This document shows, piece after piece, positions 35,992 through 49,010 of a DNA stretch of 59,479 nucleotides. The position numbers were made by a program, and so were the translations under genes. This stretch comes from Octopus bimaculoides (Eukaryota). The notes below the pieces were generated by a model, which saw nothing but the letters and a program-made list of their open reading frames with translations, was not told the origin of the DNA and searched no databases. Within the stretch, counting starts at the first letter, position 1; each line of letters begins with the position of its first letter. Location of the stretch: NCBI RefSeq assembly GCF_001194135.2, contig NC_068996.1, forward strand, positions 50,903,269 to 50,962,747. The letters run 5' to 3'.

Positions 35992-37599
35992 TGTATATGA
36001 AACATTGAGGTGTTTTTGAAGGATTTTGATTTTCAAGTGCATTTACATTTTGGTGTGATGGAGAGGTCTGTTACAACCAATAATGGCACCAAAGATTGTA
36101 TGTGTCGAGGCACTTTATTAGGAGTTGTTGACTTTTTTTAATTATTTTAAATAGATGCCATTGACTTTTTAGTAAATACCACATTTATTATATTCGCTGT
36201 GTGCCAATGATGCAAATATAATTCTACAGATTTAGTTTGATTTTGTTAAAAGCCTATTTTAATCCAAGACTAACTGGTGCCAATACTAAATTGTACCATA
36301 ATTTTCTGCACCAATCACTGGTGTGTCTACTTTAATAGCAGCGGCGATAGCAATAGCTTCCATGACAACAGCAAGAAGTAACAGCAGCTCTCTACTAGCA
36401 AGAATGTTGGTCAGCAGTTTTCTCAACCAATCAGCTAGTGTACCTACTCATAATCTGAGTGGCCTATGTCATAATCTTTCAAACCAGTTAACTTTTAACA
36501 GTAACTGGCATCAATACAAGCCTACGTCATCAATGTTTCTAACACATCAGTAACTTAAAACCAATGCTATATTAAATGTTGCTAGTCATGGTTTATTTTA
36601 CTGGCATTTTTACTGGTAGCTGTCCAGCATGCAGACCAGTGTAAAGTTGTAGTGTTACTCGTGGCAGCTGAGAGCGGCAGGGATCATTTGACACAGACAA
36701 AATTGGCAGTTTTATTAGTTGTTTCACATCAGACGTAGCTGTTGTTAAGTGTTAACCTCCATGTTGCGTCCTATTGGTTGTCCAGATGCTGACATGCAGA
36801 ATGGTGGTGATCAGCTTTATAGTAATTCGTCTTCCTGGATATTGGTCAAGAGGAGCAAAAATTGTCCAGTGAATTTATTTCTTGTTCTAGTTTTTGACAA
36901 TTATGGAGAAGATCAGTGTGGCAATGCACAGGAACATCACGATACTGCTCCCACCCCCACCCCCGAACCAAACAGATGGTGGTGTCAAACCAGAAGGCAC
37001 AATGTATCTGCTACCACAAGGATGTTATCTTCTATTCTCTGCTTTTCCTCCTCCTCCTCTTCTGCCTCCTGCTGCTGCTGCTGCTACCACCACCACCACC
37101 ACCACCACCACCACCACTACTCTAACAATGGTTTTTGCTCCTTGGAACTGACACAGTTCGTGCCATCTTCGAGTGAGGCATTTATGAGCAACTCATTTCC
37201 TCTCTCTTCATCATCATTGCTTCACCAATCAATGTATTCAGTCCTTTCTTCCCAAAAGTTTGGTCTTCTCGTATTCCTTTTCCGTTCATATGTTTTCTTC
37301 ATGAGTTCATTTGAAACTGTTCAAGAGGAGCATTAATGGCATTGATCTCACCATTCAAGGAGATTTGGGTGAAATCCACTAGGAGAAGAAAAAAAAACTA
37401 CTCTAGCTGTGAAGAGTGTTATGAACTAACACCAAGGGCGAATGTGAGTATGCCACTATTACTAGAGCTGTTCATAGTTTGTAATTAGAGTTTTAATGAT
37501 ACATAACTCTATAACGACTCTCCTAAAAACTAAGCAAAAGCCTGTGGTAGCCATAAATTTAAAATCATATTGGATATGTACTTCAGAACTTTCTACAGT

Positions 37600-38340
37600 G
37601 TCTTGTACAAAAGCACAGATTTATTTGCAGGTTGCATACACATATTATGCAGCCGTTGCAATTCAAATACACACATGCACAGATTACCAGCAGGTTGTTG
37701 AAGGCTGTGTTCGTGTCTATATCTGTAACATTCATACCTTCTGAGTTTTCTGTTGCATTCATCCTTTTTTGGTAAAGTGTAGCATTCACTTCTTTTGAAT
37801 ATATTTATAACATTCGTCTTTGATGTCAAAACTAAAGCCTCGTGTGATATGTGTAGTTTATTGTGGTCACTCATAACCCGTCACAAGCTAAACTGATTTA
37901 TTGTCCAGTGGAAAGTGTGGTCAAAACTATTTTCACTGTTATCACACAATTTTGTTATTTTGATCAGAATTTACAACTCTATTCTTTGAACAATGCATCT
38001 TCCTTCTCTTGAATGTTACTCAACCAGTCTTCTAGTTATCTGAGTATGCCAAGATCTACAGCTTGTGACATTTATACCATGATGACCAACTTTGTTGAAA
38101 GCCTTCATTTCACTATGTCAGGTATACCATATCCACAACTGTTTCGCTATCCAGTCAAAATGCTGTAGAAGCTGTGTCAGGTATGCTTCCACTGGAATGG
38201 AAACTATACCGAATATCACATGGCATTTCGTTTTCTTTTCAGAATGTAATCAGTTTCTTTCTGGTGATTCATCCCATGACCTTGTTGATATATGGTGAAA
38301 TCAGAAAGATAGCTCTGTGATTTTTAGCACCGGCTCTGCT
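37600..38340 (-). mobile_element. CR1-group LINE reverse-transcriptase remnant
   Basis: Minus motifs KNHRAIFLIS…KVM…RKKLITF, LTQLLQHFDWI, LDSETVVDMVYL, KAFNKVGH (compare D..KAFDKV.H). Confidence 0.8.
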
Positions 38341-38967
38341 TCCTCCCTTATGAATAAAACATGTCTTTTTCTTTTCTTGTGCATGTGTGAGTGTGTGTGT
38401 GTTGGTGTGGAGCTGAAATTTATGACTAATAAATGAGGTTTCAAAAATTAGAGTTAAGCTAAAATTTGCTTACATGTTCTCAAGGAAAATTGTTGACAAA
38501 TTATTGTGGATTACTGACATCAGAGTTAGTTCATTCTATAAGATATTACAAAATCTTTCATGATGGTTGTCAATTCCCCAGACAAAATTGCATTATTTGA
38601 AGAACTCATCTGGCTAATCTACATGAATGTGTACAAGTGGGATAGTGAAAACACTGTCAAATTATTCATTCAGTATTTCACCAATTTGTGAAGGTCTGCA
38701 CTTACTGAGTTATTTCCTTTTTAAACAAAAGTTCTATTGTGTTTACTGAAGCTGTACACTTTTATATAAATAAGTAGAAAACTCTAAAGTTGTTTTTATT
38801 TTATTTCATTTTGTTTTATTTCATTTTATTTTATTTTATTATATTTTTGTGTGTCCTGCAGCTCTGGTTTCCTTTTTGCTCTCATTTACATGGAAGCATT
38901 TTATTTTGTTCTCAATTTTGATAATATTTTATATAATCTGCAAGAACAGGCACATACTCATGTCTGT

Positions 38968-39043
<76 letters not shown>

Positions 39044-39241
39044 ACACATACACACACACACACATCACAAAATTTATGTGTATGTATGCAAGTACATATG
39101 TGAATATGTAATTCTATGTATATATGTATGTAAAAGTACATATGTATGCACACACATACACACAGACATACATATACACTTGTGTATATATGTGCCATTC
39201 TTGTGAGTCACTTTCAGGAATTGTGTGTGTACGCTCACATG

Positions 39242-39321
<80 letters not shown>

Positions 39322-39419
39322 GTCAGATGCATTTGAGAAACTTGTTTCCCAACCATGCAGCCTTGGGCCAACCAAAGCCTTGTCAGTGGATTTGGTGGAC
39401 AGAAACTTAAAGAAACCCT

Positions 39420-39690
39420 ATCTTGTGTGTGTGCGTATATGCATGTATATGGTGTGTGTGTGTGTATGTATGTATATGGTGTGTGTGTGTGTATGTATAT
39501 GGTGTGTGTGTGTGTATGTATATGGTGTGTGTGTGAGTGTATGTATGTATGTGATGTTTGTGTGTATGTATGTGATGTGTGTGTGTGTATGTATATGATG
39601 TGTATGTATATGATGTGTATGTATATATGTATATAGTGTGTGTGTACACATGTGTGTATATGTATATATAAAATGTGTGTGTGTGTATAA
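39420..39690. repeat. Compound (GT/AT) micro/minisatellite
   Basis: ~20-bp GTGTGTGTGTATGTATATG units. Confidence 0.9.
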
Positions 39691-39739
39691 TCATGATGGC
39701 TTGTTTGTATGGAACATATTATCTCCAATAGGTTTTATT

Positions 39740-40960
39740 CTGTGCCTTTATTTTCACGTGGTCCACACCAGCTGTATCATCTTTAGTTGTTTTCCTGTTG
39801 ATCTCTGTTAAGTGATTCTCTGTGGAATCCTACCTTCACTTTCTCTTCTATGTTCCAGTGTAAGACTTGCCTTACCAAAAATCCTTCTCGGCTTCTTAAC
39901 ACAGCCTACCCATCTCCGTTATGTTCCGCTCTTTATTGGTCAGTAGGTTCCTGGGTGGTTTTGGCCCAGAGGACTTTGGTACTCACAATTTGTGAATTTC
40001 TAATGTTTAATGTTACCTGAACCTGTTCATGACTGGATGTTTTCTGAGGATATTTGCATTCATTGGCCATGACATGATACTATACAACAAGATCAGTTTG
40101 ACAGAAATTATAAACTTAATGAAGTTGGACAGAAAACTTTGCCATTAAAATAGACTTCAAAATGTTGAACTCACTTTTTCAAGTCTTGTTTCAACATTTA
40201 TCTCTGTATGTCTAGCTTATAACACATCAAGCTTCCTAAGTACAGGTCGTCGTTGACCTATGACCACAATTGATTCCGACTGACTGGTGGTAAGTCAATT
40301 TGGTCATAAGTCAGCCTATAGACCTACATAGTTTTGTTTCCTATTTTTACATTCTTAAGGTACATTCTCAGGTAACAGTCACACAGCATTCTGTATTATA
40401 CCACAGCGGTGTTACTTGTTCAGTCTCAAGCAGTTGTCTAATAAACAAATACGAGGTTACCTCAAAGTCTCCATGACAGGATACTCATCTAACACTTGGG
40501 ATAACCACAATGGCGATCGAAAACCAAACCTAGGGAAATGTTTGTCAACGATAGACGGGTTAATTCCTAAGAAATTAAACTCATTAGATTTCAACTGGAC
40601 AATATATACATGTACATGCTGTCTGGAGCTGGTGCGCCAATTGTAAAATCAATCGGTTGTAAATCAGATAGGTCACAAGCAGACGACCTGTATATGAAAC
40701 AATTCACTTCATTCAGTGGGTGATTTTTGACCATGATAGAGCCAAGGTCATTGCCTTGAACTCCCACAGTCTCTACTTTTCCAGCATTAATCCTCAGTCT
40801 GATTTTTACTCTTATCTCTGTTGGCCTGTCCGTCTTTCTCTGCTTCAGTTGATCTAGATCCCTTGCAGTCTGCTTGTGTTTGCCCTATACCTGCTTTGTA
40901 GTTGGTTACCTCACCCAGTCAGGGACCATGTGTACAACACTGATAATAAACATGCCTCCC
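39740..40960 (-). mobile_element. RTE-clade LINE ORF C-terminal remnant split by a Tigger-like MITE
   Basis: QRKTDR…KIRLRINAGK, LGSL…VETRLEK, KVLWAKTTQEP, LVRQVLHWN. Confidence 0.75.
40243..40690. mobile_element. Tigger/pogo-type (Tc1-mariner superfamily) MITE
   Basis: TA|CAGGTCGTC…GACGACCTG|TA: TA TSD, TIRs resembling Tigger CAGGTAGTCCTCGACTTACGACC. Confidence 0.85.
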
Positions 40961-41262
40961 TTCTGCTCTTCATTTTTTTTGCTTTGGAAGGTCTTGATAA
41001 TCTATTATTTATCACTTGAAATTGGTCAGCTTTGTACAATTGATGAACAATAGTAATGAGTGTATAAAGGATTCTGTCGTTGGTTATTAAACCTTTTAAT
41101 TACTTTCCTGTTAATGAAATTGAGGATGTTAGAAGCTTCTCATTTCTGTGACTGATTGATGATCATCTGGAGTGTAAGGAGTTCAAGATCTGGTCAATGC
41201 AGGGACTACTTCTTCCTGAATCCTGTGTATATAGTTGTTCTGTCAGTCCCTCTCTCTCTCTG

Positions 41263-41303
<41 letters not shown>

Positions 41304-41344
41304 TGCACACATGCAGAGACACACTCACACTCTGTAAACACTTC

Positions 41345-41565
41345 AAATATCTATCTTTTACTTGTTTCACTCATTGGACTGTGGCCATGCTGGGGCACCA
41401 CCTTGAAGGGTTTTAGTTGAACAAATCAATCCCAGTATATCTTTTATCTTTTACTTGTTTCAGTCATTGCACTGTGGCCATGCTGGGGCACCACCTTGAA
41501 GGGTTTTAGTTGAACAAATCAATCCCAGTATATCTTTTATCTTTTACTTGTTTCAGTCATTGCAC
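41345..41565 (-). repeat. Same 93-bp SINE-tail tandem array in inverted orientation, running into an N gap
   Basis: CTTGTTTCA at 41361, 41454 and 41547. Unit 41361-41453 matches the reverse complement of the 94-186 unit at 92/93. The SINE body resumes after the gap at 42289. Confidence 0.95.
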
Positions 41566-42288
41566 NNNNNNNNNNNNNNNNNNNNNNNNNNNNNNNNNNN
41601 NNNNNNNNNNNNNNNNNNNNNNNNNNNNNNNNNNNNNNNNNNNNNNNNNNNNNNNNNNNNNNNNNNNNNNNNNNNNNNNNNNNNNNNNNNNNNNNNNNNN
41701 NNNNNNNNNNNNNNNNNNNNNNNNNNNNNNNNNNNNNNNNNNNNNNNNNNNNNNNNNNNNNNNNNNNNNNNNNNNNNNNNNNNNNNNNNNNNNNNNNNNN
41801 NNNNNNNNNNNNNNNNNNNNNNNNNNNNNNNNNNNNNNNNNNNNNNNNNNNNNNNNNNNNNNNNNNNNNNNNNNNNNNNNNNNNNNNNNNNNNNNNNNNN
41901 NNNNNNNNNNNNNNNNNNNNNNNNNNNNNNNNNNNNNNNNNNNNNNNNNNNNNNNNNNNNNNNNNNNNNNNNNNNNNNNNNNNNNNNNNNNNNNNNNNNN
42001 NNNNNNNNNNNNNNNNNNNNNNNNNNNNNNNNNNNNNNNNNNNNNNNNNNNNNNNNNNNNNNNNNNNNNNNNNNNNNNNNNNNNNNNNNNNNNNNNNNNN
42101 NNNNNNNNNNNNNNNNNNNNNNNNNNNNNNNNNNNNNNNNNNNNNNNNNNNNNNNNNNNNNNNNNNNNNNNNNNNNNNNNNNNNNNNNNNNNNNNNNNNN
42201 NNNNNNNNNNNNNNNNNNNNNNNNNNNNNNNNNNNNNNNNNNNNNNNNNNNNNNNNNNNNNNNNNNNNNNNNNNNNNNNNNNNNNNNN
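41566..42288. other. Largest assembly gap (others: 12656-65, 13926-14135, 23949-24506, 31376-31638, 34801-34972, 43521-43820, 54459-54717, 57234-57364)
   Basis: N runs, each bordered by simple or tandem repeats. Confidence 0.99.
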
Positions 42289-42884
42289 TTGTTACTTATT
42301 TTATCAGTCTCTTTTTCCAAACCACTAAGTTACAAGATATAAACACACCAACTCCAGTTGACAAGTGTTGATGGGGTGAGAAGCACAGCCACACACACAC
42401 ACACACAACACACCACACACACACACACACACAACACACCACACACACACCACACACAAACACCACACCACACCTCACACACACACACACACCACACACA
42501 CACACACACACACAAAACACAACACACACGCAGGCATGTACACGCTTTAAAATATACACACTTGCAGCCACTTAATCTCTTATCAAATCTCACTGATGAA
42601 GCTTTGATTGATCTGAATTTATGGGACAAGACCCTTGAACCTGGGCCCATACAGTAAGATTGAACTCAGAGACAGGTGGGTTCAAAGTAGTCTTCTTAAT
42701 TGTTCAGCCATGCCTGGTATATTTACCTATGTGCATGTACACACACACACACCCATGAAACATTTGTGCATATGCATATATGTGTGTATGTAATACATAC
42801 ACACTTACATACATGCATGAACACATGTTGTGAATGCTGAAGCTTCAGTCTGAGTTTCACACTTGGCAATGTGTTGTTGTTTAA

Positions 42885-42893
42885 ATTTGTCAA

Positions 42894-42949
<56 letters not shown>

Positions 42950-43155
42950 TGAATGAATGTGAGTGAGTGAATGAGTGAGCGAATGAGTAAATGAATGTGA
43001 GTGAGTGAATGAGTAAATGAATGTGAGTGAATGAATGTGAGTGAATGAGTGAGTGAATGTGAGTGAGTGAATGTGAGTGAGTGAATGAGTGAGTGTGAGT
43101 GAGTGAGTGAATGAATGGGTGTGAGTGAGTGAATGAATGTGAGTGATTGAGTGAG
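42885..43155. repeat. (TG)n grading into a (TGAG/TGAA)n satellite
   Basis: Direct reading. Confidence 0.95.
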
Positions 43156-43959
43156 CATATGTATACATGTGTATGTTAAACAAGAGGATAGTGGGTGGAT
43201 ATATACGCAAGGTAGGCTAATCTGATTTAACTTATTTGCAGCTGAAACTTACACAATGTGTTACTCTGAGCCTGTCAGTGACTATCTCTGAAGATCTATA
43301 GACATAAACATTAAGGAATAATAATTTGTCAAGTCTTACATATATTATATATGAAGTGTTTCTTTCAGTTTCCATCTATCAATCCCACTCACAAGCCTGG
43401 GGCTATAGTAGAAAACCCTTGCCCAAGGTGCTATGCTGTGGGATGAAGCTGAACCTGAAACCATGTGGTTTAGAAACAAACTCTGTAGCACATAGCCATA
43501 TATATATATATATATATATANNNNNNNNNNNNNNNNNNNNNNNNNNNNNNNNNNNNNNNNNNNNNNNNNNNNNNNNNNNNNNNNNNNNNNNNNNNNNNNN
43601 NNNNNNNNNNNNNNNNNNNNNNNNNNNNNNNNNNNNNNNNNNNNNNNNNNNNNNNNNNNNNNNNNNNNNNNNNNNNNNNNNNNNNNNNNNNNNNNNNNNN
43701 NNNNNNNNNNNNNNNNNNNNNNNNNNNNNNNNNNNNNNNNNNNNNNNNNNNNNNNNNNNNNNNNNNNNNNNNNNNNNNNNNNNNNNNNNNNNNNNNNNNN
43801 NNNNNNNNNNNNNNNNNNNNTATGTGTGTGTGTTTGCTTTTTTCTTTCTGAGACATCCATATAGTTATTGGTGAAATACAAAAGTTAGCAGCCTATTCAT
43901 TAGTCGGTCTGCTATTCTATTGTAGCTGCTAATAGTTTTGTTTGTAACAAACTAATCGT

Positions 43960-43980
43960 TGTGGGCGGAGCTTCAGTCTG
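43960..43980 (+). promoter_or_regulatory. Candidate core promoter: GC box GGGCGG (43963-68) followed by Inr-like TCAGTC (43973-78)
   Basis: Motif match in unique non-repeat DNA; followed by a UTR-like (CT)n tract and an ATG plus strong donor. Confidence 0.4.
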
Positions 43981-44123
43981 TTCCTTGAGAAGAATAGTTG
44001 TTTTTTTTTTTTACTCGCTCACTCTTTTGTACAATTCAACAGCTCTCGCATAACAAGCAAGATTGTGTTGGGGTGTTAGCAACTAAATTGTAGTAGCACA
44101 AGTGTTGTTCTCTCTCTCTCTCT

Positions 44124-44165
<42 letters not shown>

Positions 44166-44368
44166 TGTAAGCTGTAATTGTAAGAACTTATTGCTTTCTA
44201 GAGAGGCTTTTGCACTCATAATTGTTTGATTTTTTTGTTTTTTTTTTAACTTTTAATTTCAATATTAATTCAACGACACATTTACATTGTTGGGACTTTT
44301 GGAAGTGGTTTATAATAATTCACCAAGAAGTTGTTGCTGTTTTTGTTTTTTTTATATTTAAAAAAAAA

Positions 44369-44377
44369 ATGATGAAT
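44369..44377 (+). CDS. Candidate coding end of a first exon (Met-Met-Asn, phase 0)
   Basis: aaaaATGATGAAT|GTAAGT: A-rich start context and a consensus donor about 400 nt downstream of the putative promoter. Confidence 0.4.
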
Positions 44378-44586
44378 GTAAGTTGGAATATTATTTCATA
44401 TATATTTATTTCATTGGTGTTTTCTCTTCTAAATCTTAAAAAAAAAAGAAGAAATGAATGTTGTCTTCAAAGTAGATTTTTAAAAAGAGGAAAATAGCAA
44501 ATTTAATTATTAGTCAGCGCTTGTTTGTCTAATTGTGAAATGTTTGCTCTACTTTGTAGCTAAATGTAACACATGATTTTTGCTAA

Positions 44587-45190
44587 AATTAACACAGCCG
44601 AGTATTGTGTGTGTGTGTGTAAATATATATGTGTATGTATAAATGTATATATATGTGTATGTATGTATAAATGTATATATGTGTATGTATGTATAAATGT
44701 ATATATGTGTGTATGTATAAATGTATATATAAATATGTATATATGTGTATGTATGTATAAATGTATATATAGATATGTATATATGTGTATGTGTATAAAT
44801 GTATATATAGATATGTATGTGTATGTGTATAAATGTATATATAGATATGTATATATGTGTATGTGTATAAATGTATATATAGATATGTATATATGTGTAT
44901 GTGTATAAATGTATATATAGATATGTATATGTGTATGTGTGTGTATAAATGTATATATATATATATGTGTATGTGTGTGTGTATAAATGTATATATATAT
45001 ATATATATATATGTATACATGTATGTGTGTGTATAAATGTATATGTATATATGTGTGTGTGTGTATAAATGTATATGTATGTGTGTGTGTGTATATAAAT
45101 GTATATATTATGTGTACATGTATGTATGTGTGTGTGTATAAATATATATGATATGAGTATAGATATATATATATATATATAAATATGTGT
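44587..45190. repeat. Compound AT/GT minisatellite with ~38-bp higher-order unit GTATAAATGTATATATAGATATGTATATATGTGTATGT
   Basis: Unit repeated about 5 times between 44750 and 44940, with variants on either side. Confidence 0.9.
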
Positions 45191-45307
45191 GTATTTGAAA
45201 AACTTCTATCAGCTGAAATTTCCCCTGCCATACACACATACACATGCCTTATGTAGAAGACTCCATGAGGTGTTTTCCTTTTGTGCTATTGTTTGTGTGT
45301 GTGTATG

Positions 45308-45379
<72 letters not shown>

Positions 45380-45564
45380 TGCGCACATCTCAAATCTTGG
45401 TAATTAATAAGAATTTTAATTTTGTTTCTGAATTATAATGCTTCTCTCGTCATCTCTCTCTCTGACATTATCTTTATTAACATTTGTTTACATAAGTGAT
45501 TATTATGAATGACTTCCTTCGTACCATATCAAAATGAAAGTACGTATTAAAAATGTTTCCATGA

Positions 45565-45683
45565 TTATTTTTTCTCTCCTTCATTGATAGTCAATAAATG
45601 ACGTTTTATATGATACCATTTACTAATTTCCACTGGTTTGGATTTTGTCGATGTGTCAACTTTGCCGTCTGTCCCTCTTGTTG
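45565..45683 (-). CDS. Candidate antisense terminal exon (xTRGTDGKVDTSTKSKPVEISKWYHIKRHLLTINEGEKK*)
   Basis: Minus strand ttctaacattttaacAG (branch-point-like CTAAC plus acceptor), then an open frame to TAA. No partner exon established. Confidence 0.2.
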
Positions 45684-45771
45684 CTGTTAAAATGTTAGAA
45701 TATACTGGCTTATGTTGGGAAGGACACGATTGCCTCCACTCCCAACAAATTTGTAGTCTTGTATGAATCAT

Positions 45772-45920
45772 CAGGGCTGGCGCCCCGGACCAGCTGAACT
45801 GCGGTATGTACAAGCCGACAATTGGAAATTTCCTTGTCTTTGTCACACCCTCTTTGGCATCCCCTAGCACATGGTGCCCCAGGCAACTGCCCGAGTTGCC
45901 AGTATCTCGAGCCGGCCCTG
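45772..45920. mobile_element. 149-bp GC-rich hAT-like MITE
   Basis: TIRs CAGGGCTGGC / GCCGGCCCTG; 8-bp TSD TGAATCAT / TGAATAAT (7/8). Confidence 0.8.
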
Positions 45921-46874
45921 TGAATAATTATTTACCCTTCACAGTGCTTCTTTGTCCAATAGTTCAGAAATCTATTTTAAAACCTTTTGTTTTTATAATT
46001 ACTGATGGCTGTATACTGTCTATTATTCATTTACTAAAACTAAAACTGCTATTAGCTGTTCTTGTATGTATGTGTGTGTGTGTGTGTTTCTCTCTCTCTC
46101 CAGGATATTCATAAATAATTATTAAACAGTTATCATTCATTATTGCTCTCAGCATTCATCATTTATTTCTACTATCTACATTCACAAAAAATTACATTTA
46201 GATCTGACGGAAGTTTTTTTTACTAAAACTGGTTATTTTCATGGCTATGCATTAATCATTATTTATTTACTTTTCATTTTGAAAGTCTGATAAAGTTTCT
46301 TACCTTTCATGTTTTTATGTTAGAGTTGTTAATGTACATGAATTCCACATGGACAGAATTCAACAATCCAATCTCTGTGTAATTTAATAATGTCACAGTG
46401 GAATGTTTCAGTTTAGAAACAAGTGTTGATTGTTAAACTAAAGTAGGAGAAAAATGTAAAACAATGCTTTCTAGTGATATCACTTTAGAGTTCATAATTA
46501 TAACCAGTGGGTAATGGATGCTATTATCTCTTTCTATATGTACTCTAATATTGATATATTATCTTTGATATATTTGAAAATGTTTGATTATATTTTGATA
46601 AATTTTACACAGTAGTTAGAAAGCCCAGTTAGAATTTTGTGTTTTGTTTCCTCCTGTTGATGTTTATATGCATAATTATTTAACCCAAATTAACCGAACT
46701 GTGATATTTGCTATGTGGGAGTTCTCTTATGGTCTAAGTTTAAATTTCACTTGTGGAAACTTTGTCATTCTTCTGTTCATGATTAAGTGAACTGCCAATC
46801 ATGTACTAAGGTCGAGTTAATCAACCATGCCCTTCCTCCCTCAAAGATTAAAGTGTTATGTTAATGTTTTAAAT

Positions 46875-47191
46875 CAGGAGTTCTCAGCCAATTTTTTTTA
46901 TCTGTGGACCCCTTTGATTACTATTCTATTCTGGTGGACCCGCATCGCCATTCAGTGTTTAAAAACTAGTTTTATAGATACTTCTTTCAGAATTCTTACC
47001 TTGTTTTTCACACATTAACTTGTGTAAGTTGAACCACCATGTAAAATGTTCAAGAAAGAAACCCAGCTGTTTCTTGTAATACGTATAACTAAAGCAAAAT
47101 ATTTTCAGGAGCCCTTAGAATACTGTTGTGGATCCCCCAAAATCTTATATGGACCCTCAGAGGCCACGCGGACCCTAGTTGAGAACCACTG
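46875..47191. mobile_element. hAT/Charlie-like MITE
   Basis: CAGGAGTTCTCAGC … GTTGAGAACCACTG termini, GGACCC subterminal repeats; TSD imperfect. Confidence 0.75.
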
Positions 47192-47259
47192 TATTTAAAT
47201 CATAGGTGCTGATAACATTGTGCTTATATTTGAACTCCATCTGCTGTCAATACTTTCTG

Positions 47260-48050
47260 CTTAGAGTGGTCAGTGTATCATGACTGATGAAGTGGAACCA
47301 TACCTCTCTCCAGGCTCTGTTATTCGCAGAGAGAGACTCCTGGATAATGAACATTGTTTGTCAGATACATTTTCCCATTGTTTCTTGATGGAGCAACAGT
47401 TCTGAGTCAAATGAAGACCAAGATGGGGCATTTGGCATTTGGAATTTTGTCTGGTATTCACAACTCCAGTCAGATTTGTGGACAAAATAGATAATGTCCT
47501 TTGGGAAACTCTAAGTGTTGAGATTCAAATGGCTGGTTGGCCCTTTTAACCTAGGGACTGTGAATAACTTCCAGAAACCCTTGTCTTGGCAGTGCTACCA
47601 AAAAGTATTGCCAATTCAGGACAAACTCTATGGACACAGAAATTCTTTCATGTCCAAGATGTATGCAGTGCAATGAAACTGAATGAGTGTGTTCTGGACT
47701 AATTTGTTGAGTGTGTGAATGTTGCTGAGTTGTGTGGGGTGTTGTTGAATCATTGTTATTGTATTTGGGATGGATCTGGCCATCAGCCATATCCATTATG
47801 AAACTTAACTTAGTCACCTTCCTTTGGAAGGGACAGGAAGCTTTCTTATACCTGGTGGCTATGACAAATGAAATTGTTTGGTAGGCAGGACTGAAAAAAC
47901 TGAGGAAAGCTTTCCTCTTCCATCAAGTTCTTTTTGACATTTTCAAGTTCTGCTTGGAGAGGAAGTGAAAGGAAAGACGGCAGGGAGGGGTGATGCTAGC
48001 CTCCAGTGAATTTGTGGAAGGTGGACAAGAGTGATGGTTATGGCCTGAAC
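47260..48050 (+). mobile_element. Tx1/L1-group LINE ORF2 C-terminal (zinc-finger) remnant
   Basis: RPRWGIWHLEF, NFQKPLSWQCYQKVLPIQDKLYGH, SCPRCMQCNET, EIVW*AGLKKL, FCLERK; frameshifts and stops. Confidence 0.75.
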
Positions 48051-48821
48051 ATGGGGAAAAAGTACTTAACATTCATTGTTGGAGTATTTAGAAATATGTG
48101 CAGATCTTTAATTGACTAAAGATAACTGTTCTTTTCTTGGAACCTCATGATTTTTCGTTCATCCAGTTTCAACCTAAACTCCATAGTTTTATAATCTGTC
48201 CCTCTAATATCCCCTTATCCATAACCCCCCCCCCTCCCCTTGCTTCAAGATGTACTGATCAAACCCTTTAATTTAGAATACATGCAAATCAATATATGTT
48301 TCCATTTTTAATGTTATATTCCATTGCTTTGGAATAACTTAAAGGAAATAGTTTTCATCATTAGCTGAAATGTATTGCTTTATAACATGAAAGTAATATT
48401 TATATCTAAGTAAACAAGAACCAATTTTGTTAGTTGTATATTTGAATTAAAGAGTTATATAAGTGTTGATCACTCAAGACAGAATTCTTGTAAAATTCCA
48501 TTCATGAGTTTTGCCAGCTTTGCTTATAGTAACAGTCATTATACAATGGATAATGAATTGATGTTATTGTTTAACCCAAGATCTGTCCTAATCAAGTAGA
48601 CCTTATAATCAAAGACAGTCCAAAAATGACCATCCTAACTTTATTCTCCAGCAGTTGTAACCAGGAACACATTATTCAGTGTACACTTTTAAAAATCAAT
48701 GGGATGTGATTTTGAGAAAGACTAGACTATTATACCTTGTGGACCAACAGACCGCTGATTCTCTCTTTCTCTCTCTTGTTACTTTGGATGAATGAATGCG
48801 TATCTTAAATATATATATTAG

Positions 48822-49010
48822 TTTTAATTTTTGGCACAAGGCCAGAAATTTGGCGGGGAGGTGGTAAGTTGATTACATTGAACTCCAGTACTCAACTGGT
48901 ACTTATTTTATTGACCTTGGCAGAACTTGAACTCAGAAGAACATAAAGTTGGACAAAATACTGCCTTGCATTTTTCCTGACATGTTAACACTGCTGCCTG
49001 CTTGCCACCT
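48822..49010 (-). mobile_element. SINE family B
   Basis: Reverse-complement motifs. Confidence 0.75.

Noticed and set aside
36525-36740. Minus-strand CTGATGT…GAAAC motifs
   Set aside because: Core deviates from CUGANGA, there are no stems, and no PLE protein remnant is adjacent.
36749-37336. 195-aa plus-strand ORF
   Set aside because: Built from CCT/GCT/CAC triplet repeats and antisense AT-rich sequence; no splice or domain support.
47255-47395. Exon-like frame MTDEVEPYLSPGSVIRRERLL
   Set aside because: No donor; other frames match the adjoining Tx1 LINE remnant.
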